Shown here: piece by piece, positions 19,851-34,394 of the stretch
How the letters are laid out: every line of letters begins with the position of its first letter
How positions within the stretch are numbered: position 1 is the first letter of the stretch
Source of the DNA: Spongospora subterranea f. sp. subterranea
Taxonomy: Eukaryota
Direction of reading: 5' to 3'
Assembly: GCA_049724395.1 (NCBI GenBank)
Contig: JAUGWO010000035.1
Coordinates: 1 to 64,000 of the forward strand
DNA length: 64,000 nucleotides
The notes under the pieces: generated by a model
Databases searched by the model: none
What the model was told of the DNA's origin: nothing
The model's input: only the letters and a program-made list of their open reading frames with translations
Made by a program: the position numbers and the translations under genes

Positions 19851-22149
19851 TTTGCGCATTGCTTGAAGGTCACCCCGACATTTATATTTACGATTAATCA
19901 TGGATCCCGATTCCGATCATGATGTCACAGATCATGATTGGCTCGCAATCGCAATTGACATCAACGAGGCAGTCACGTTGAAAGAAATTCGGGCGGCGTT
20001 ACCGTCACACACAGTGTTCAAGTCTCAGATGGCGTCGTGCAATTTATTGCATGTCATTGGGTCACGGACCATTAAAAAGGCCGCGCTCGGACTGCACTCC
20101 CGGCAGAAAATCGCCTCTGGAGTGTATTTTTGAGTTTGCCAGCACGCCGCGTGGACTATCCATGCGTCGACAGTCACAGTCCATCCAAAAATAACTGCGA
20201 GATAGGTAGGTAAGTCATCTACATCTACATACCGTACGTCACGAAATTCATGGGTAATGTGCGTATCCGTTGGGCGAGACTGGCGCCGATGCGGTTCCGT
20301 TTAATCCTGACATGTCAACACCTTAATTAGGACTCTGATTGTGTATCATGGTAAATTCAGGGCTGGTCAAATCAGTTGGTTCCGAGATGCCGATAAAAGA
20401 CATCCGAGTACATGCAATTTGGGTTAAACCGCTTGTTTTGCTTGAAAATTCAGAAATTTTCGCAATTTTGAGAGAGTCGCGAAGACCTCCGATTTGTTTA
20501 AACAAAACACAATAAAACCGAATAAAACTATGTTTTATTACCAAATTGACCCTGATCCAAACCGGTCGCCAATTGAATCATTTTTGGTGGACCAGGGTCC
20601 TGTTAAGGTGGCGGGGCCTCTCGCCGTCCGCCATGCTGTCAGATTTCGAGGACCTCAGTCCCGAATATGTGGCGCTACTCATGTCACCCCTCCTAAATTG
20701 TGTGAACTATTATTGGGTGAAAAAATGTGCTTGGCCGATTTACGGTCAATTCGAACCAATCGAACCCGCTGATACATTATAAGGACCATATCGCCTCGCC
20801 ACATTCGCCCATTAGACCTATCCCCGGGAACAATAATAGTAATCCGATGGAATTGAGTATCCATTAGTAAAGGTAGCGCCAGATCATTCTTTGGTAATGA
20901 CAGAATCGCCCGATATTTCCCAATCCAGATTTCGTTGACCTTCACAATTCCGCATGAGACTAAACCATTACTATTCTTCCTGAAATTCCTATGGAACACC
21001 CGCCGCATCCATTGCAACGAGTATTCCATCATTATCAGAACATCGCATATTCCAATAGCGTCATCATGCTTTTCATATCCAACGGTGCCTGCTATGAATG
21101 GCAACAATATGACAACTGTGTTGATTATTACCAACGAAGGACTAAAATCAAGGGCAGTTCGGACCACAGTTTTTGACAACCACAAAACCGGGTACGTTTT
21201 TGTCTATTTTGATCATTTTTTTGTCTTCCGGCTCTGTGTCCTCCTTCTTAGCAGTTTTGATGGTTGTTCGAGATGCAACTTGTTGTTTATCCGTGTTGCC
21301 ACTTCTAATCGTCAAAGTAATCCAGTTGTTTTGCCTGTGAAGACCTTTGCGTCGATATTGTGTCAAATGGGCAATTCAGATCTCAGCGATGGCCATCCGT
21401 TTTTTACTCGATTGTTTTGTTGGCAAGGTGAGCATTGAGTTTCGGCCCGATTTTGCGCTAGCGACGACACATATAAAGTCATCCCTGCGAGCAAGGATGA
21501 CCTTATTTGTTAAGATATATTGACTGTTCAACCCTTTTCTGGGAGTACGTTTTTGCCCCACTACATCATAAAATTCAATCTGAATTCATTCGAGATTGAA
21601 CCCCAGCGAAATTTTGCATCTCCCCCACCGCGTGAACCATAATGGGTTGGGTAGTATGTTTCGTCGTCTAATACTAACAAAAGCGATATATCGTCGTCGT
21701 TTTTTTCGTTAATTTGGACATCGAGGTGATGAATTCATACGGCTCCCAGTACCAAGGTTAAAAGCAATCGACAATTGATCTTCATTCAAAAGTTTGTTAT
21801 TACTTGTGCGGTATGGTCCCGGACCCAGGTGTTGTATTATATTGTCAAATCTGACAGAGATTTCGTCAATTTAGCTTCCACCGTAGCTCTTTCCCCCTTC
21901 AAACGCATTCTGGCGGTGATGCCGTCGATGAGTTCTTTGTTGCGATTCAGCGCGATTGACATCAGGATGAAGTTGAACGTCACGCTATCTACCTCGCGCA
22001 GGAAACCTGCCAGCTTGCTCAGCCAATTGTTCGTCGTTTCAGCGTCAACATTGGTTTGCCATTGTCGTTCACCATTTTAACAGCAGCCGGCGACTACTCC
22101 ACTTGACAAGCCATGTCGGATTGTTTGTGGCAGCTGATGGCAATGGCTT

Positions 22150-22620
22150 TACAATATGATCAACAGGACTTTCCAGAATGTGTTCAGCCAGCAAAAAATC
22201 TCCCAATGTATCAAGTACAGTTGTTCAACAACGTGAGAGATTATTCGGGAACAGGGAGGATTTTGACCTCCCAAACATCCGTTGGATGTTTTTCAACCTG
22301 GGGCACACAGCTAGATCTGTTAATACAGGGTTGATGCATTTCAACCTGCATGGATAGGCCAGTCGAAAGAAGCATTGCCAGCCCATCAGCCCGCGATATC
22401 ACGTCATTCTCAGATGTGACAATTGTAAGACCTCACCTAAAACATTGATCTGGCTCCTTCTGAAACGGAAATCTTCTTCGAAATCCGATTCAAGCATGTC
22501 GGCGATGCCTCTCTGTTGCAACTTTCGCCGATGACGTTGCCGTCGACGGCGGATATCCAGCGTGTGTTGCAGGATTACAACAGCCACGAAAACCACGTCC
22601 TCCATTGGATTTGAGACACA
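22150..22620 (-). pseudogene. PIF/Harbinger-like transposase N-terminal remnant
   Basis: DFEEDFRFRRSQINVLGEVLQL and FRLAYPCRL motifs. Confidence 0.55.
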
Positions 22621-22845
22621 AATGCAGATTTGGACAAAAGGTATTTGTTCAAAGCCGTGCGAGTGGAAGAGCCCTACGTAATATGGAAGCAAATTCGAAA
22701 TATCTGGAATTTCGATTCCGAAACGTTTTATGACTGGCTGTTATCCTTTTTACGGAATCGGAAAAACAAAATTGAAAAACGATGGCGATACGCTTTGTGA
22801 CGGAGTGTATGTCCTTTCCCGAAAAACGAATGAGTACGAAACTGC

Positions 22846-23285
22846 ACCGAAAACTCTCTACTGTGCCAGTCATTCGTCACGGGTTGGCTGTCTCATGTAC
22901 TTGGCGAATGCAACACGCCCCGATATCGCCTTTAACAGTCAACAATGTCAGCCGATATGTCACCAAGCCGACGAAGGAGGTATGGAGGGCGATCCAGCGC
23001 ATTGTAATGTATCTGAAGACAACATCACAAGTCGGTTTCATTATATGAAAGGAATTTTCTCAATCACTGGCTGGGCTGGCAGTGATTTCGCAAATGACGT
23101 CGTCGATCGCAAATCCACGACTGGCTGGATTTTCTTGCTGGACACAAACACTATCTCGTGGAAAAGCTAAAAGCAGCACTCTGTCTCATTATCTACAACC
23201 GAGGCGGAATATATGTCAGCATTCGACACTGAGAAAGAGACGATATGACTACAAGACTTACTGAAGGAACTGAACTTAACTCAGA
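22846..23285 (+). pseudogene. Copia RT C-terminus/RNase H fragment
   Basis: VGCLMYLANATRPDIAF; SDFANDVVDRKSTTGWIF; ISWKS*KQHSVSLSTTEAEY. Confidence 0.85.
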
Positions 23286-23720
23286 TAGAGATCATACAGC
23301 TCTTCACCAGAACACAATATTGAAATAAAGTGATAGCACTACGGTTCAAATCTGACAGTTGATATTTACGAGCAATATCGATTCACATCGTGAACTATCG
23401 GCTGACATTGTTGACTGTAAAGGCGATATCGGGGCGTGTTGCATTCGCCAAGTACATGAGACAGCCAACCCGTGACGAATGACTGGCACAGTAGAAAGTT
23501 TTCGGTTGGCAGCGGTTATACTATTACTTTGCGATTCACGTACTCGACTTGCATTGACCACCAAACAAAACAATTTCGAACGCAGTCGTGCAATATCTAT
23601 TTACTGATCTGGCCGCGACGATTTCTTTCCATAGATTTGTGTTCTGGTTTTATAATTGTACGTTCAACAATACAGCAATCTGATATATGAGTTAACGGTG
23701 CCAAGCAACGGGCCCAGAAG

Positions 23721-26700
23721 CTACAGCGAATACGAGGCATGTAGATTGGCCACCACTGGCGCTGGACACGATAGAAACACGGATGCCCACTGCGCCTCGT
23801 CCATCGAAGCCCTGAACCCGTGCAGAATGTTCATGAACATCGGAGCAAGTTCAGGAGGGACCTGGTGCCAGGATGCGATCGCTCCACAGAATTGAGCAAA
23901 GGCACCTGACAAAAAAACCACAGCCATTACAACATGATCCAGACGAAATCTTAAACCAAAGAAAATAATGTTGAATCAACAGCTGACAAACAATTTACTG
24001 GGAAACCAAACAATAATCTGTTAGGCGATGGGTGTCGGCGAATGGGAAATAATGATGAAAATGGAGAATGATGGAACGGGAAGGAATGTGGGATACCGAG
24101 AACTGCACGAGGATTAGACTGGCAAACTGCTAGCAGACCCTTGAAGGCTTTCACCTTCTCCTGGTCTTCGCGATAGTGCCCGAGATGATAACACCACGGC
24201 CGGACGAACAGCTCAAGAGACGCACCGACCTCATTCGGGCACACTAACCCCAACCTGACGCCATACAGCTATTAAGCAAACAATTTCGAAAACAGCCCTC
24301 AGCGCGATGGGAGCAGCGATAAATTACGAACAAAAAATAATCAAAACACAAGATGAGAAAAGGCTGGGTGGCGGGGTGATATCTCAGAAGATTGATGAGT
24401 GAGTGTTTATCGGGATATGGTATTGCTGGAACATTACCTTGCAACTGTAATAGATAAATTCTCGGCCAATCTGGGCGTGACTCTGGGCCCAGTCAGAATA
24501 GGCACGATACGCGCCAGCACGATGGGAACGGATGGCGCCAGATCGGCCGGACCCAACTGACTGGCGATCTCACCGATTGCCCAGCTGGCGTTGTTGCAGA
24601 CGGCCACATATCTGGGGTCCAGGTTCGCCACGATCATAGCAATGAACTGCGCCAGATGAGGTCGCAAAACCTCGATCGCGAATCTGACAACATAAAGAAA
24701 TGAGCGAGAATTTCGTCGCAACGGACTCAAACCAATTATGATATTACTAAGTTTGTGTTGAAAAGACATGCATTTGAATCTCAGCAACATTAGCATTGAC
24801 AGCAACATGTGAAACTGTAAAATAACGTTTTCCACATGGACTAGAAATTAGGACAAATAATAGTGGGAAGCATGCAAATCGAAAACAATTCTAATGCATT
24901 TTGACAGGGCAAGGGGAAAAGAAGATAACAACATGATGGATAATGAGATATAACAACGGGCGCTGATTAATATCAACCAGAAATCAAAAACACGAAAAAA
25001 ATCCGGAAACAAGGGAATTGGAAGATAAAGCGATAATACTTGGCTAAATCTCCAACTAGAGCGATGGCCGATTGGCGCACTTCAGGGGAAGAATCGTTGG
25101 CACATTCGTACAATGATTGCAGAAGCGCCTGGTTGTTGACCGAACCAGGCGGCCCAATCAGCTCGTCAATTGAAGTCTGGAGGCCTTCGCATAGCCCAGA
25201 CAATAGGTCTAGACTGCACACGATGAACTCTTTATCCGGATACGGAACGCTCCTGTCCCCTGAAAAATGGAAGTTGGGCAAATAGAACTAAGACCTCGAG
25301 CAATTCCTGGTCGGTTTGGTTATGGTAAAATATATTAAAACATGTAACAATGGGTCATAACGAAGTGAAAATTCAGATTGATTTCTCAACTTGAAACTGG
25401 TAATAGAGCGATGAGAATCCAAAATGGTTAAAAAAGAGGGTTTGGCTAAGGAATCCGGCAACCAACTGGACAAAAGGGGGTTCGCGCTGGGAATATTTGA
25501 TGAACAGTGTAAATGAAATGTGAAAGTACCAGCGGCAAGGGCTGCTCTTAAGGCAGTAAGAGTCTCTTGGATAATCTGTAAACAGCGTTGTAGCGTCCCT
25601 GCAGCGAAAGGACGGAATTCGCTGCCCAAAGACTACACCAATACAATAAGGATAGACACAGTACGAATAGGCGCAGCAAAAAAAAAAAAAGAACATGCGA
25701 TAAATTGGACTGAAAAATTGTCAGTAGAACACAACATTTGCAACTGAACTAATAATAGCGACAAATACGGAACGACACAGGTATTACTTGAGCAACATAA
25801 GTTAAACACTCAAGGAGAGAGAACATGGCCGTATCGTCGTTGCAGGTTGAGTTCCATTGCATTATAAGTCGGTTCACCAAAGGCGTGACCAACTCAATGC
25901 TAGCGCCTAGATCGGTACCGCAGGCATCGGCTAACGACCCAATTGCATCGTAAAGCAAAGGTCGGTTACGAGCCTGATATCTACAGCAACGAAAAAATGT
26001 TGAGAAACCATATTTTAATGAACATGAACAGTCTGCAGAAAAAAGGGCTGACCACGAGATAAAGCCGATGCGAGAGACAAATCATTGATGCAATGTGGAA
26101 CTTCGAAAAAAAAAAGGTAACAGCAAAGAATTTGGCAACATGAAATCATCGAAAACCCAATAAAGTAAAACAGGGATTACTTATTGAACGCAACGATCAG
26201 ATTCTGAACTATATGTGATAGATATGGAATGACGACGGGACCTGCATCCTCTAGAATAATTGCGAACGATGAACACGCAGCTTCTTGCACCTGCACCAAA
26301 TGCACAAAGGAAAATAAGTGTTGACCAAAATCATTCGAAAAACCAGCCGAATAATCGAATGCAAATTAATGTTGGCAAGCAAACCCATTAAAAAAATCCA
26401 ACTAGGTTCAGGAGTCCTGAAAGCGTTTCGAAACGGCAACAATTCAGAAAACCAAGGGAAATAACGAGAAATGATATATAGAGGTTGGATGACCCTTTTG
26501 TTCCTGTCTAAAATCCTATCTAGAAGCGCACGTAGTATTGGTTCGAATAGCGACGATGATCTGACGATCCAGCCAGCGTATCGGGACAAGGTCCAGCAGG
26601 TGATGCTGCGTATTAGCGGGTGCGGGTCATGATGTAGAAGCTGCAGCATGTAGGGAGTTAGAGTTGGGAGATGGGGCTCCAGACCCAATAGACAGCCCTC

Positions 26701-29447
26701 GGCAATTGCGCCTAGACATAAGATTCCACATTCTCGAACGCGCCAATCAGATACATTGCTTAAATTCGTCTAAAAAGCACGTTAGCAAAAACATGATATA
26801 TACAGCGGCAACGAGATATGCTGAGATGCGCTGAAAAATTGAAAACTTCATGAATGTAGTTTGAAGACAGCAGCATTGTAACAGTTCAGTTCAAATCAAA
26901 GTTGATGTGCAGAACAGAGGGCTAACTAATGATTGCATTCTAGATTTGACAGCCAAATAAGGCTGACCAGACACTGGAATTATCAACAACGATAGGAAAA
27001 GTTTCCAACCGGGGCTGAAGTTGAAAAAGCGAATACAGAGAGGAAAAAGGAATACCTGGAGCAATGGCAGGAGAATGGGTAAAATATCATTGCGAAATGT
27101 GGTTGATAGCTTATCCAATGCCGACGCGCTGCACTTCCGGATGTTCCATTCCGATGCTGAATAGCAACCAAACAGCGAACGGTCAAATAACAGCCCATGC
27201 CAATCAAACCTTAATTAACGATATGAAAATAGATTGACAAAATTGACTGATTTTGAAACCAAAAACAATCGCCCAATTGTTGATCTAACGACTCAAACAA
27301 ACGACTAGAAGGTACGCTAACCGTCTTCATCGTCATCGGATTCGTTGCCGTCCGATATATGTGCAAGATTGTCGGTGGCAGCTGACATTGACACCCCTGG
27401 GACAGCATGATGGTCAACGATAATTGAGTCCAGGAGAGTCACGAACAAGGAAAAGTTTACGCGAATGGTGAAAACGAGGGCGAATATCTTCGGGCCGATC
27501 AGGGACATTCTCGTTGTCGTCGTTCTCGGAAAACGCTAGTACGGTGGGATCATCATCGCTATACAGCATCCCTGAACAAAATAATCAGACCTACTTAAAT
27601 AGGACTATAAATAAAGCCCCAATATATTTTCGGAACTTGCACGCTTAAAAGTGGAGAAACAATCACAACGTGAAAGCAACAACGATATTCTTCATAAAAA
27701 CGGGGAATTTTCGCGAATGAAACACGTCGGATATGCGATGAAAAGGTGATTGGTATATGGCACCTTTAAGCAAAACGGGCAAAATGGCAGGTAGATATCG
27801 GTAGAGAAGAGTAAGATCGCATTCTTCATTGCTACAATATATACTCCAGAACTCATTGGCGTCGATACAGACACCAGGGTCCTAGGACAGACAGAAGCGC
27901 TATATGAGACATCTCCATCACCAGGATAGAATGGGAAACCACAAATGCTGGAAGGTTTGGAAACACAATTCAAGCGCGAAATAAGAAAACTTAAAAAAAA
28001 CGATGATTAAAAAACACAGTGAGCAATCACAAATACAGGATCAGAGCTGGCCGTGATCATGAACTCGATAATCTGTATAATGCTGCCTTTGATCAGCACG
28101 AATCGGATCTCCAAAAGAATGCAAAGCGCATTGCAAAGCTGGCGACGCACGTCGGGTGAGGGATCGCGAGCCAACTCGAATAGGCCACGCAGATAGGAAT
28201 CCATTTGCAGAAACAGTGCCTGAAAAACACAACGTTAGAAACGAAGCATGGCGACGATGAGCACTGGAAAAAAACAGATCGACATAAAATTCGACGTCAA
28301 ACCCCATTTGGCTAATGATGATTCAATTAAGTAGATTGCTAAAGCTGAAAACTGTTGATCACTATTTTGACCTTGGGCATATTAACAAGAAACCTGTTCA
28401 TGGCAGTGATGGCCATACAACGGAACCGTTCGTCGGAGTGGAAGAAGGTGGCGATTAGAAGTGCAATCATCTGCGTGACGATAATGCACTCATTCTCCCC
28501 CATATCCTCCAAACGCGATAGCTCATCGCTACAATCTTCACAGATCTTGGTGAGTGCATTAAGTGCCCCCTGAACAGTCACCATTGGTAACATAACTGGC
28601 AATTCAACGATGTATCGTTACATCCATGGCGTTAGGGTTCAACTGCGATTTCATGACAGAGCACATGGCCGCGATCAGCGCGGCGACGCCCGATATTGGA
28701 CCCTAGCGTAGAAATGAGTCCATTGGTTGACGCAGCACAATGTACAACCCACTTTTATGGCGATAGTAGCCATGATAGTGCCGGCAGTTCTCCGAATTAT
28801 CGATGATTCATCGCCCAATGATTTCATAGCTTCGACCTGAATCGATTCGATACCCCTAAATTTCATTGTTAACTAACTGCATACAATTCACACCAGTTTT
28901 CATCGAAAAAATCGAGCAGATAAAATGGTTAAAGGTTTAACGAAACAGTTCGTTTTCGTAAAGAAGTGTGTCTGATCAGTGTTCAGTTCGTCTCATGCGT
29001 TAACGCTTGAAAAAGTGGCTGAAACTGCAGACGACGTTTTCTATTGATGATATTGCCAAACCGTTGTAATCTGTGAAATCAACAAACAAAATCTGTGAAA
29101 TCAACAATTGATGACCTATAATGGCGCTATCAATGCGTAACGTAACGGTGGAGTTGTGTTTCAAATACTGGGTGAGACAGATATTACCCTGGCACCATAT
29201 TCTCATAGTTTTCACGAATATTGTTTTTGAGCATAAGACCCGCCCTAGATCGGATATCGATCTCAAGCTCACGAGACGACATGATCCTGGAAAGATAAGC
29301 ATTAAATTCGGGGTGCTGTTTAAGATCTTCAAGGCGGTGATAGATGCGCTGGTGCTGAACGTTGTCGGCTGTACGACTATCCCGGAGCAGCTGAAGGATC
29401 TGGGCCACGCCCTCAGGGCTTGGGGACCAGGGCCCAACACCCGCCAT
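23721..29447 (-). CDS. TNPO1: Transportin-1 (importin beta-2), multi-exon
   Basis: Exons [99 protein letters not shown] introns. Confidence 0.95.
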
Positions 29448-29610
29448 GGTCCACGATGATTCCGGTTCGGGGGCAACTGAGTGCACGTAGCCAAACCTGC
29501 GGCCTCCACTCTCATCATCAACTCCGTCGCGGCATTCACTTGAACGGTTTCGAAAAATGCCAAAGTTCTTTGATTGTACTCACGGTTAATCTGGTTGATT
29601 GATTTTATTT

Positions 29611-32600
29611 CTATTTATTCAGCTTTTTAGCGGTCCTCGCGTTCGAGCGAGTTAGATCTGGGTTGTTGAGCATGTGTTTAGATGCGACCTTGGCCAAACA
29701 GGCCGTCATCCTATCCGATGCAACTACAAGATTTTCCCGGGTCGGTTTGCCGCTGTCTTGTCCTTCCGCTGACTGATTATCACTGTCGCTGTTGGTTGCG
29801 CTCCCACAACTGCGCCTCGTTCTGTTCTTGACGCAGGACCTAAGCCCGTCCAGTCTCGTCTGTGACTTGTCTGGTATATATCGCGGCCTTGACACATGGC
29901 TCGAGGCCAGAGGGACTTGTCTGTCTTGTTGGTCAATCCCATCTATGATAATCAGGTTATCTTGATTCTCTAGGTCGCTTAGGATGGTCGTGGCAGCTGC
30001 TCTGCGCTGTAATTGATGCTCTTGTGTAGATATCCTTAACTTCCAATTCTCTTTTTCATCCACGCCCAGTTCCGATAGGACGCCCCCATCATCGTCAAAA
30101 AACACGGCTCTTCCGCATTCCGTTATCGCTAGTAAATACGTAGGTTGATGGATTATTGTTAATGATCGTATTGCTAAGCCGATAGCTTGTTTTGTCCACG
30201 CGCATTGAATATCTCTCCCCTCTTTAAACTGTGCCTTAATTTGTGATGATGATCGCTGGTGCCTTCCGCTAGAAAAGTCTTTAAAATCAACACAGGAAAT
30301 CAGGCCTGTCTTGAAATCAGCGATTGAATAGAAATCCTAATGATATTGAACCTGATGCAAATCCAACATATAGATGAGCCTGTTGGCAGAAGATCATTGC
30401 CGTGGCTATCCCTGATAGAGCAACCGTGCCCAATCTGTACCAATCCCCTTTCTTATCGCAACGATAGGCAATGGTTTCCCCATTACTATATCCTATTACC
30501 AGTACCTCACTAACGCTGGAGAACGCCATCACCGTTGCGGAAACGGTATTATCAGATGATTTCTTCTCTAACAATCATTATAAACACGCCATTCTACCCC
30601 TTATTGGATTTGATACCTGACAATAATTGTCCATCCTTGATTGTATTGAGAATCAGAAACCGTTGCGTGTCAAATACAGTAATCTCTGCAGCAGCGTAGA
30701 AGATGAGGCTGCAATCATCAGCTAGGTGGAATAGCGTCATTGATACGCAAGATCGGTCATTGAACAGAACGTCCCTATACAATTCCAAGGGCAATTAGCG
30801 TCATGATTATACCATCATCATTGACTACCCATTCCTTACCCGAACTCGTTTACTATTCTGATTGCATATACAGTCATGACGACGATACGAGATGGGGACG
30901 ATAACCACGATAACCCAGCGATTTCACCGCCCGCTTTCCTCAGCTTTCTAGAGCACTCTAGCGTGCGGGCATTGAATATTGTTAATCCGCCTGTCATCAT
31001 TAGCGCCATCAGGCATCAGTGACCAAACCAGCGATGTACCGGTAACGCTAGCACCATACCGTCGGATTCGCCGGTAGCGATGCGGCGGTAATTGCAATCG
31101 TAAGAGAGGGCGGTGATGTCAGTAGCTGTAGGCATAGGTAGCTGTAAATCCAACTTCCCGGTCATCATGCTCCAAATTTGCAGATGGCGCTGCGATGCGA
31201 CGACGATGGTGAAGTTGGAGGAATTATAGCAGGCAATATCAATACCCCTCTCAGTCTGACCGGTGTCTGAATCTTCTGGCTCCAAACATAAAGTATCAAC
31301 TCCTGCGATATAGTCCATTCGTCAATTCCAATTTTGTTGTTGTCATCAAAGACGCCGTCATTATTAAATGAAAAAACGTAAGCTCGGACGCAAGAGTTTC
31401 CCGAAAATTGTTTCATCGACAATCTGTGAAGTTAGCAATGGTTACCGTCTTGGAATACGATCAGGTTTCGGCCGATTTCCAACACTCCTTGAACGGCGAC
31501 CCCTACCGACAACGTCTGCAGACACATGAAGTTATGTCCATCCCACACCTTGATAATCCCAATGGCATCGCCTGTCAAAATGCATCCCGTCTTCAGCACC
31601 GTCGTGATTATCTGAAGAGCGGCACTGTGCCCTTTTATCTGCACAACATCTTTTCAGTTCAACATTCATGAATCCCTCCGCAACGGAATCCTGCAAAACG
31701 ATTGTCGAAATAGAAAAATTTGCCTAGTCAGACAGATGCAATCTGGTAATCGCAGTGGTGATTCGCAAAAATTAATGGTAAAAATGGCGCGAAACGATAA
31801 CAAATCTGGTGAGATTGAGCACTTTGAACATTGCCTTCTCGCTATACATATTCCAGACGCTAACGACAGCATCAAGACCTGCACTCAGCAAGAGATTTGT
31901 GGAGGGCGATAATACTGGCAATCGTGATTGAGTACATATTGGTGATTCAGTCCTGAAAGGTTTTACCGATCCCGATCACGCCACGAGTATGACCGTTCCG
32001 GTAGCAGCGTAGGAGGCAAGCCTTATCGACATCCCAGAGCCGAATGGTCTGGTCCATGCTTGACGAATAGAGCAGACGTTGACCGGACACATATCCTAAT
32101 TCTGTCACCGCTTCTGAATGACCCTGAGTAACTGACCATAAATATCGTGGTTTCGAAGCAAGCTTCACAACCATTTGCAGGTTACGAGAACTTAAATAAA
32201 TTTTCACGAAATTCGAAGGCATGAAATTACAATCAAATAAACTTCAAAACCGTTCAAAAATTTCGCATAGAATGTAGACAGTTTCAGCACGGGTGACGAT
32301 TCCTCACGTGTTTGTTGGATAGGATTCTTGCAAAAAAAAATAAATACCACAAAGAGAACGAACCGTAAATGTGATCGCACGCTGATCGACTCGAGGAATC
32401 GGAGTTCGAAATTTGGAGTACGACAAGAGTCTCCAGGTTGATATATCGCCCATTACTACTGCCCATGAATAGCATATCTTCATCGCCAGAATACAATAAG
32501 CACATTGTCTGTCATTATACAAAGTGATTTGTCAACGAACAACAATACGTAAAACACGCGGTGTTCGATTTGGCAATCCTGAACTACTAGAGATAGTTGA

Positions 32601-33490
32601 ACTGAAAATATATCCACAACTTGAATGGCGTGCCCGAATATTACCGGTAATTTCGTGACGATTCGTTCGAGACAGAGCGGTTCTGGCGCACCTAAAGGAT
32701 ATGTTGTGACACAAACTGCTGTCCCCAATACCAACATGTTATAGTCAACACCACTAGTGCTGGAGGATACGAACACCATTGTATTGATATCGGATGCCGA
32801 TACTGAATATGGTTCTGAGCCCACCAGCGTAGAATGTGTCATATCCAACATTCTGACTTCAGATCTGAAGAACAAAGATAACGGAAGAAGAATTGGTCGA
32901 ACATTATGGGTGAGATCACGGAAAATAAATTAAATCGGATTGTTAAGAGAGACGATGACATGATGCTCGGTCAAAATACAACATGTCCATAAGAACAGAG
33001 CATGATGTGGTTGAGATCATGGCGACCAGCGGTGGTCTTACTTGCCGGATTCATGAAGGGCGATCACGTTATTCGGGAGAATGACGGCGATCTTGTCGCT
33101 TCCGGAACGCTTCCCGACCTGAACTGTCCAACGTTTCCGATAGGCGATGGGCACCGCCGCCTGAGAGGTCGTACCGCTCCCCATCTGATTTGATAGCAGC
33201 ATGTTGAACATCTTCTCGATTGTTACGCACCCGATGCCATCAACGTCGACCATCTGGAACAATTCTTCGATCGCCATTGTGATATCGTCATGGTTCGCTA
33301 CAATATTGTGTTTCGTAGCTAAAGTAAATAGCAAATTGGCGAAGATCGGGCGAGTGATATCAACCGGCAAGCTGGCCAGCGTAGTCATAGAATTCGAGCC
33401 AAGCAACGTCAACAGCTGCACACAAAGATCCTGCAGCGATTTTGAGAATTGCAGGTATTTAGCGCGTTCGGACAGCGGTGGGCCCCCCAT
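29611..33490 (-). CDS. EF-hand + WD40-repeat protein (WDR49/EFCAB8-like architecture), multi-exon; boundaries approximate
   Basis: LFQMVDVDGIGCVTIEKM EF-hand-like loop; WD repeats GHSEAVTEL...SSSMDQTIRLWD, GHSAAL...GIIKVWD and DITALSYD...IATGESDG. Confidence 0.7.
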
Positions 33491-34394
33491 TCCATGAAGT
33501 TTCCGCAAACGATGGCGAGCAGCATATCCAGAAACGGCGGCCAATGACCTCAGAGTAAGTCTAGAGTTGGGACAGCAGGACGAGAATTTTTTGAAGCAGC
33601 ATCGGAACGTGGGCATGAAAATTAGGTGTATTGTTGGCAACAAACCCGGTCAATATGGCAAGTCAGTGGGTTCTGCTAGTACGGAAAAGCGATCACTTCG
33701 GCACCAGATTCCTGTATTTTAGGGTTAATAACTGGTCCAATTCTCTGAAATACACCCGCGCCAATCGCTTTTCTCTAGGCATAGAGTTAGCAGTATTTAA
33801 TTTCGAAGGACGTAAACAGGAATGGTGGCAGACTACAATCCAAATTTCGTCTTGATCAACAGTTCCGAAGGGCACACGAAAACTGCGAGTTTTCAAGCTA
33901 AGAAAGGAAGGGAGGTCCTATATGCCCCATTGCTCGATATTTCCAATCATGTCTAACAAGATAGGGCGGATCAAGTGTCCCTGATTCCAACGAAATACCA
34001 CACGCCTCATCAGCAATCGACTCATCAGTGCGATACTAAGACAGATCATAATTTCACATTGAACCCCTGAGAATGATCTCTGCAGAAGACGGGTCTATCA
34101 ACAATGTCAATGTTATAGTCTGTGCCCGTGTAGAGGCCACACCCCATTGTCAATATTCTCTATGATGTGGGGGACAGCGTGTCTGTGTTAGTCAGTGGAC
34201 CATTGATTGGCGGATGATGATGAAACACGTAACAGTGGCAATTGATGACAATGATACCACATATGACCGTCATATCATGATCTGGGTCAAGTCACAGATC
34301 CGCGATACCCATGCCAATAGGAGTCCAAGCCAGAGCCCATTCTGCTAAACGATCGCTTTGCGAGAGGCAGAGAAGAACGATCACTCCCATAACC

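Noticed and set aside
19900..21400. Possible MULE-like and SET-domain remnants
   Set aside because: Only faint motif resemblance (FKSQMASCNL; NGLV...IGKYRAIL); cannot be supported without a profile search.
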